A stretch of 64,000 nt of DNA, taken from the NCBI RefSeq assembly GCF_009914755.1, contig NC_060935.1, one strand, 5' to 3'. The notes beneath the pieces were generated by a model. The model saw nothing but the letters and a program-made list of their open reading frames with translations, made no database searches and was not told the DNA's origin. The position numbers and the translations under genes are program-made. Positions 56,094-64,000 of the stretch are shown here, piece after piece. This DNA comes from the human T2T-CHM13v2.0 reference genome, Homo sapiens. Within the stretch, counting starts at the first letter, position 1, and the number at the start of each line of letters is the position of its first letter.

Positions 56094-56409
56094 GGACTGG
56101 GTGTGGTGTCTCACACTTATAATTCCAGCATTTTGAGAGGCTGAGGTGGGAGGACTGCTTGAGGCCAGGAGTGTGAGACCAACCTGGGCAACATAGCAAG
56201 AACCCATCTCTACAACAATAATAATAATAAAAAGCTGTGTGTGTCATGGCACATGCCTGTAGCCTCAGCTACTTGGGAGGCTGAAGCAGGAAGGTAACTT
56301 GAACACAGGAGTTTGAGGCTGTTGTGAGCCATGATCACACTATTGCACTCCAGTCAGAATGACAAAGCAAGAACTTATCTCTAAAATAAAATAAATACAT
56401 AAATAAAAA
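56094..56409 (+). mobile_element. AluJ (Jo-like)
   Basis: gggaggactgcttgaggccagg...ctgggcaacatagcaag; TSD TAAAGAAGCA at 56083-56092 and 56410-56419. Confidence 0.92.
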
Positions 56410-57389
56410 TAAAGAAGCAGTAAAATATGATTCATATTGAAAAAATCAGTCAATTAAAAAAAGCAAGAATTGACACAAATTATGTATAGATATTAGAATT
56501 AGTAACCAAGGATACTAAAACAGTTATTATAACTGTATTCCATACGTTCAAATAGTTAAGCAGAGACATGAAAAATGAGCAAACAATCATCTAAGCCATA
56601 CTTCCAGAAATAAAAAGCTACAATGTGTGAGATAAAGAAAATACTAGATAAGAATAATGACAGATTAGACAATGAAGAAGAAAATACTGAACTCAAATAC
56701 ACAACAATAAAAACTACTGAAAATGAAGCATAGAAGAAAATATATGATAAAAGAAAATGTGTGGAACATTAATGATCTGTGAGATAACTTCAAGAGGCCA
56801 AATATACATGTAAATTGAGTTGCTATAGGAAAGGAGAAAGGAACATAAAAAATGTTTTTAGAAATATTGGCCAAACATTTTTTTCATTTACATTAGCACC
56901 AAAATATTGAAATACTTAGATATAAATCTAACATAATATGCACAAGATCTATTTGAGAAAAACTACAAATTCTGATAAAAGAAATCAAAGACCTAAATAA
57001 ATTGATATTTCGTGTTCATAGATAGAAAGACAATATTATTAAAACATTACTATGATGACTTAAGACTCTAAATTCTTTAATGGAAACACAAAGACCCCCA
57101 AATAACCAATACAATATTAAAGAAGAACAAAGTAAGAGAACTGGTACTATCCAAATTCAAGACATACAAAGCTACAGTGATCCAGACAGTGTGTTATTAG
57201 CGAAGGAACAGACAAACGGATCAATGTAACAGCACAGGGGGCTTGGAAATAGATCCACACAAACATAGTCAACTAAATTTTGACAAAGGAGCTAAAGAAA
57301 TTTAATTAAGAACAGATAGGCTTTTCAACAAATAGTGCTGGAATAATTCAATATCCACATGCAAAAAAAAAATGAATCTAGACATAGAC

Positions 57390-57775
57390 CACTGTAGGCT
57401 GAATATTAATGTCACTCCCTCACTGCCTCTGCCAAAATATCTATGTTGAAACCTAATTCCCAGTGTGATGATATTTGGAGGTGGGAATTTGGGGTGGGGA
57501 ATAGGTCATGAGAGCAAAGGCCTCATGAACGGGATTAGTGTCCTTACACAAGGGACCCTAGAGAGGGCTTTTGTACCTCCCACCATGCAAGGACAGAGCA
57601 AAAGATGGCTGTCTGTGAACCAGGAAGCAGGCTTTCAGCAGACACTAAATGTGTGTTTTGATCTTGGACTTCCCATACTCCAGAACTGTAGGAAATAAAT
57701 GTCTATTTCCTACAGTTGTTTATAATCTACCCAGACTATAGTATGTTTTTACAGCAGCCAAAATGATGTAAGTCA
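57390..57775 (+). mobile_element. Solo MaLR LTR (MLT1A/MST-like) inserted in L1
   Basis: tatgttgaaacctaattcccagtgtgatg...gatcttggacttcccatactccagaactgtaggaaataaatg; 5-bp TSD tagac/cagac. Confidence 0.85.
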
Positions 57776-60700
57776 CAGACCTTACGTCTTTCCCCAAAAT
57801 TAAATCAAAATGGACCATAAATTTAAATGTAAAAAGCAAAACAGCACAACTTCTAGAGTATAACATAGGAGAAAATTATTTTAAAAAGTTCAACATCATA
57901 TGTCATCAGAGAATGACAAGTTAAAACAACTATGATCTCCCACTACAGACCATTAAAATTTACTACAATTAAAAATAGTGACAACCCCAAATGTTGACAA
58001 GGATGTGAAGCAACAGGAACTCTCAATCATTGCTGGTGGAAATGTAAAATGATGCAGACAATTTTGAAGACAGTGTGCAGTTTCTTACAAAGTTAAACAT
58101 AGGCTTACTCTATGATATAGCAATAACACCCTTAGGTATTTACCTAAATGAGTTAAATACTTATGTCCACATAAAAACCTGCCCATGAATGTTTGCATAT
58201 ATTTAAGACCTAAAATTTCAAGTGCTGTCTTAACATCTTTGAACCTCACAGAGCCCAGATGTCTAATTGTATGTTCTTTTTGTCTTTATATGGACAACTG
58301 GTTTTTGACAAATGTGTTAAAGCAATTCAGTGGAGAAAAAATAGTCCTTTAAACAAATGGTGCTGGAAAAATTGCATATCCATATGCAAAATAATGGACT
58401 TCAATCCATATTTTATACCATATACAAAAATTAACTTAAAATGGATTATGGACCTATATGTAAAATATAACGCTGTAAAACTTTTAGAAACTTTCATAAA
58501 ACAACAAAGTGACAGTTGGACTTCATCAAAATTAAAAATTTTTTTGAAAGACATTGTATAGAAAACTAAAAGACAAATACCACTGAAAGTGTTTTCAAAT
58601 CATACAGCTAATAAAGAACTTGTAGACAGAATACACAGAAACTCTCATAATTTAACGCTAAGAAATACCAGCCCAATTAAAACATTGGCAGATGATTTGA
58701 AAAACACTTCACCAAAGAAGATACACCACTGGATAATAAGCCCATGAACAGATGCCTGACATCGTGAGTTATCAGGGAAATGCAAATTAAGACTGCAATG
58801 ACAAGCCACTACAACACTATTCAAACAGCTACAATTAAAAAGACTGATTATACCTGGTGCTGGTGAGGATATGGAGGACTCTGTCCTCTCATACACTGCT
58901 GGTCAGAATGTAAAATGATACAACTACTTTGGAAAATAGTGTGACAGTTTCTTGAAGAGTGAAGCACACCTATTATATGAGCCAGCCATTCCTCTTTTAG
59001 GCATGTACCCAAGATAAATGAAGGTATACGCTAATATTCATATCAACTTTATGATAGCTGCAAATTGGTAGCATCCCAAATGTTGACCAACAGCTGAATG
59101 GCCAACCAAACTGTGGTGCACCGATACAATGGAATACTAATCAGCAATGAAAAGAAAGGACATATTGATACACACATTTGGCTGAATCTCAAAATACTTA
59201 CGTTGAGTGAAAAGGAGCCAGAAAAAACAAGAGTACATTCTCTATAATTCTATTTACACAAAAAATAGAAAATGCAACTCATCCACTGTGATAGAAGCGA
59301 TCAGTATTTTCCTGGGATCACAAAGGGAAGCAAAAAAAAAAAAAACTTGGGGGACAAAGTCCACAAAGATACTCAGGGCCCAAAGATATGGAGATGGGTG
59401 GTCGGTAGACTGGCCAGTGGCGTTAGGGCTGGCATGAAGTCCTGAACTTTTCAGGAAGCTCTGTGAGGGCTTAGAACCAACGTCAGAGAAACCAGAAAGC
59501 TTATTTCAGGTTGTTTGGTGTCTAATAACTCAGAAATTAAAATTCTGCCTGCAAAGTAGGTCCCACACAGCCTGAAAATTCTCTGCTTTGTTAGGACTCA
59601 GAAGGCATGGCCTCCAAATGTTGCCTAATGATAATCAGGGCTGAAGTGGAATCAGATGCAACAGTTCCTGAGATCTGACATCATCCTTAGGTGGCCTCAG
59701 GCCCCTGGGTGGCAGGGCGGCTGGAGTCTGGTTCGGAAGCAGTGTCCTGATTGTGCAATCAGAGATAATTGGTTTCTAACTCTGATCCCATTTATTCTTC
59801 CCATCTCCAGCCAGGAAAAGCTGCCTTGGCTCCTTTGTTTTTAGCCTCCACATTTTCTTACTGTCAGCTGCTAAACATTTTCGTTTCTTCCATCTTCTGG
59901 CATCTTCTCTTGCCTACCTCATGCAGCCCTTCCCTCACCTTCGGGCTGCTCATCATTTACTCTCCTCTCCTTGCCCCCTGGGCAACACAGGCAGCCCGTT
60001 CTCCCCATCCCCTTTCCAGAAGAACCCCTGATCACCCTCGGAAAACGTGTCCCTTATGCCATCCCCCAGGAAGTGTAGTAGCTCCCCTCTCTTTCCCTTG
60101 AGCAGCAACTACAGAATCCACCCTCCCTTTGATTAATAACATCCCCTGCTGCCATGCTGTTTCTTTAAAAACCAACCATCCCTGTGTCTCTTACACCAGA
60201 CTGCCAGCTTCCTGGGGTTTGCCTTGCCAGCCCCTTTCCCATCCACGAGTTGCCTGTGCTCAGTGAAAATGTCACTAGGCTTTTTGCATAAGCCCAAGTA
60301 AAGCAGAACTCATTCATTCGGGGGGGAAAAAGCCTAGGTTGCAATGACTTTACACATCAATAAGACATATGTATAAAGCTGTTCAAGTTGTTAATGATTC
60401 AACATGAAACATCCAATATCACACGGGACAAAGCACCTTACTAACCATTAATGAATACGCATACACAGAATATGAGATCGCTCCTGAACTCCTTTCAGCT
60501 GCCTTTGATAATACAGACTCCTGTATCATCCCTGCCACATAATGAAAACCTCAGCCTGAATTGTATCAATGCAAATCACAGGAGCTGCCTGCAAGCTTGT
60601 GTATTATAACTTACCTGTGGGGCCAATAAAAAGATATCCCATTATCAGCCTTGTCCACTTAACTATTAATAAGACATTCCCAGGCCTTCCATCCCATGCC

Positions 60701-61913
60701 CCTTTCCTGCTCACATGACCAGCACCACAAAACCTGCTTCACTTCCCCACTTGCAGACTTAACTAGGGAAAGGTGCTCCGAGTGATTTGAGCATCTACAA
60801 AATGAAATCCACAGAGAATAATAGAAGGGAGTTCTTCAGTGGTGCAAGGTCTTTCCTCCCAAACACTGGAAGTCCCAGGGACTGAGGCACCTCTGTCCTG
60901 AGCCACAGTCCTTCCATTTCTTCGGAAAGGCCTTCCTCAGAGTCTTAGGTGGGTGAGTGAGCTGCATATGGCCCCTGTGCTCTTGTTTCCAGGGCAGTGG
61001 AGGCAGGAGAGAAAGGGGAACTGGGCAGTCACCCCTTGGGGGATGACTCTTGGCCCTCTCTTCCTGCTGCGTCGCCTCGGCCATGGGCTCTCCTCCTGAA
61101 ATATCCTCGACTTGCTCCAGGTCTTGTCCGCTGTCTTCCTTGCTCCAAGGGAACTCTTGCGTGAACCCTGCAAAGGAGCCCAGCCCACATCAAGCGAGAT
61201 GAGCCACCATCCTGCTACGACCACCAGGTGGTGCTGTTCTCCCTGCACCCAAAGTCATTCATGCCAGGAGGGCGCAGAGAGCTCCCTGCACCCCAGCTAC
61301 AAGGCAGCAGGAAACACCAGTAAGGTTCCTTGGCTCAGAGCTGTTGTGCATAATTACAGCCACTTTCTTTTACTTGTATTTTCTGGAGTATTTTTTCCAT
61401 TCCCAGACTCTCCTCCTCTTCATTTCTTGGATATTGTTCTAGTGCACATTTTACACACACTGATTCCCTTTCTTTCTTGAAAACAGCCTCATATTCATTT
61501 TAGAATCAAGAGCACTGAATTGTACAATCACTAAAAGGAAATTTCTGGAAAAACTGCTCTGAAAGGCATTTTTCTCCCTGGTTAGCATATCTTGCTTTGG
61601 CTGGCACTCCAGTTTGGTTAATTAACAACGCATGGGCCTCTCATTTGATGGTATATTATCTCTTGTGATCTTCACAACAATATTCATAACAATAAATAAC
61701 AGCTGAAGCGTTAGTGATCCCTGCCTGTTACTGAGGAATTTAAGACGGCACACTAGCCTTATGATTAGCATGTGATTGGCTAGTTAACTGTTGAGGTTCT
61801 ACCAGAATCACACCCTTTGACTCCTGTTTCTGTCCTGTTTCTCCTTCAACAGCTTTGCCTCTTTCCTGTGCAAGAGGTGGGTGTGTTGATTCCTATTCTT
61901 TGCCCTCCATAGG

Positions 61914-61931
61914 TTTTTTTTTTTTTTTTTT
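61914..61931. repeat. Poly(T) run
   Basis: Direct read. Confidence 0.85.
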
Positions 61932-63295
61932 AACTGTTGGGACAGACTGGGTTTTGTTTTTGAGATAGGAGGGTTTCCTCTCTTAGGAAATGCTCTGCTA
62001 AACCTGTCCCTACCCAGTTGAATTTTCTGTGTGGGCGACCAACAATCTCCCATAGATATTTATAGTACTTTTAAAAGTCCTTTTCATTGTAATATTCTGT
62101 GTAATCTCCATAACAATTTAGAGTAGGGCAGAAGACTCCCAAAATACAGATGCGAAGACTGAGGCTCTATGGAGTTAACATTCCCACTAGAATGCGTTGG
62201 AGTGTCTATGTGCAGGATCCTCAAAGTAGCGTCCTTTTTCCACTCTGCTACCTCTCTCTACCTCAGTTGTCTCCGCAAATAGCGGAACCAAAAGTAGGCT
62301 TCTTTATTTTATTTAGGAAAGGACATGAAGGATAAGTTATCTTGGAACCACAAGAGAAACAAGAGGTAAGCAGAATGTAATTACCCAAGTTGGAAAGTTG
62401 CCATATGTAACAGCGGCAGAACTCCACTGTGGGACAAAAAAGCAATATTGACCAAGAAATACCATATTACCCTTCACAGACTCATTCTGATAGTTCGTTC
62501 TTCACCCATATTTATTCAAAAGACCTAAGAATCTAGCTATTTACTATGAGAAACTCATTACTGGCATTTGCAGATGCTCAGGGATGTAGTGTTTGAGACT
62601 GAGAGTAGGAGACACCTAAGAAAAATTAATAATGCATACAGTAAAACCCATTTAGGTTTCTATTTGTGAAGAAGGGCTCTTATGAGTCAAGATAGAGGAG
62701 TAAGAGTTTGGAATGATATGCATGAAGAGAAATACAGCAATGGAAGAGTGGGAATAAAGCTTTTGACTGTGGTGTCTATGCCTCTGCTGCCAAACTCAAA
62801 CCCACCCTCAAACAAAGCAGAAGGAGCTTTTAGTGCAGAGCCCCAACTTTTTTCCCACTTTCTAGAAGATGGAGTTTGCAAGCACTGCAGAGACAGACTG
62901 GGATCAAGGCTCCAGAAAGCAGCTTCCAGATCAATACTGAAGCCTTTGTAGCACACCAGGAGCAGAAAGTGTCTTGGAAGCATCTAACACTAAAAATAGA
63001 GCTGCTTCCTAATGGGCTGGGTTGGCTTACAAGAGGCAGAGGTGGGAGGAAGGGCATTCCAGGAAGAGGCGCTCCTGGAATCAGGCATTCAGGCTGGAAA
63101 GACTGAGAGAATAGGGAAAAGGAGAAAGGGTGGGGAATAGAGAGAGGGAAAGAGAGAGAGAATACGGGAGTGAGCAGGTGGAGCAAGAAATGCTACATTG
63201 GAAGTAAGATTGGAAATTTAGGATGTGGCTTGATTTCGAAGAACCTAAAATGTTGGGCTTTGTTAGTTAAGGAAATACCACTGCAGTTTCTATGT

Positions 63296-63299
<4 letters not shown>

Positions 63300-63345
<46 letters not shown>
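63300..63345. repeat. Perfect (GT)~23 microsatellite
   Basis: Direct read. Confidence 0.95.
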
Positions 63346-63346
<1 letters not shown>

Positions 63347-64000
63347 GGGGAAGGGGTTTTAATGTGTTTCATGGGGGTATTTTAGGGAATATTATTTTTC
63401 TATAGAAAGGAATGGTCATCAGAAGTCTACCTTAAAAAATAAATTATTTTGAAAAAATGGTTATGACGGATGCCCTCAAAAGAATTTGCATATTTGCAGG
63501 AAGAAAAAGGCCAAAAGGACCATTAACGTGAAGGATGGTTTTCTCATCGCTGGTTTAGCTCCTATTTAACAACAGGAAGCTCTGGGTACTTGTGGAAAGG
63601 TTCTGGGAAGTGGGGGGCATTTTTACAGAGCATTTGGCTGAGCCTCTCTTGAAAAACTCTTCTAAGTGTGTGTTTTTATTAATGATTTCAAGTGAACAAC
63701 TATTCTGCCTTACTCCTGCATTCACTCTTTTGGAAGGCTGGTGAATGATCTTTGGAGATTTGTGTGTAAATCCTGTTCTTATATTTGCTTATTTATATTT
63801 TAACTCTACTTAAAATGGAGATTTTTACTTTTCTGCGGTTTTACTTAGGCACAGAGAGAAACAATGTGGATACAACACTTTTCTTCTAAAGATGTTGATA
63901 TTACTTGCCATGTGTCTGTTTGCTTGTTTTAAATAGAGGACTGACTCATAGCACAGAAGGAATGTCAAGGAGTTCCAGATATCTCTCATGCATTAGGTAC

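Larger units (their letters stand above)
55560..59310 (+). mobile_element. Cluster of L1M fragments (5'/ORF1-like part, then two ORF2-3' segments)
   Basis: ORF1-like gatctgtgagataacttcaagaggccaaatatacatgtaaattgag; ORF2 remnants caaatagtgctgg (~57330) and again LNKWCWKN (~58350); 3' tggaatactaatcagcaatgaaaag. Confidence 0.8.

Overview
Primate (very likely human) genomic DNA. It carries ten Alus, many L1/L2/MIR fragments, MaLR/ERVL/ERV1 LTRs and microsatellites, and has no credible protein-coding ORF, RNA gene or CRISPR array. The main functional landmark is a CpG-island promoter (~7600-9950) with a minus-strand non-coding first exon (~9703->9439: Inr-like start, GAG|GTGCGG donor). From memory this exon resembles the RFTN1 (raftlin, 3p24) 5' UTR; this assignment is unverified. 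On that reading, 1-9438 is intron 1 and 9704-64000 is upstream intergenic DNA. Most notable observations: (1) a ~16-copy 47-bp VNTR splits the island and is G-rich on the sense strand; (2) an intact solo LTR12F-like element points toward the gene and is followed by a perfect CAG|GTAAGT donor, making it a candidate cryptic alternative first exon; (3) tandem CTCF motifs straddle the exon-1 donor; (4) a start-stop uORF overlaps a cryptic donor in the UG-repeat 5' UTR; (5) there are several readable retrotransposition scars (twin-primed L1, probable L1 3' transduction). Repeat family names and boundaries were judged by eye and need RepeatMasker/Dfam confirmation. I see no evidence of a wholly new biological system; the findings are candidate regulatory or mutational features.
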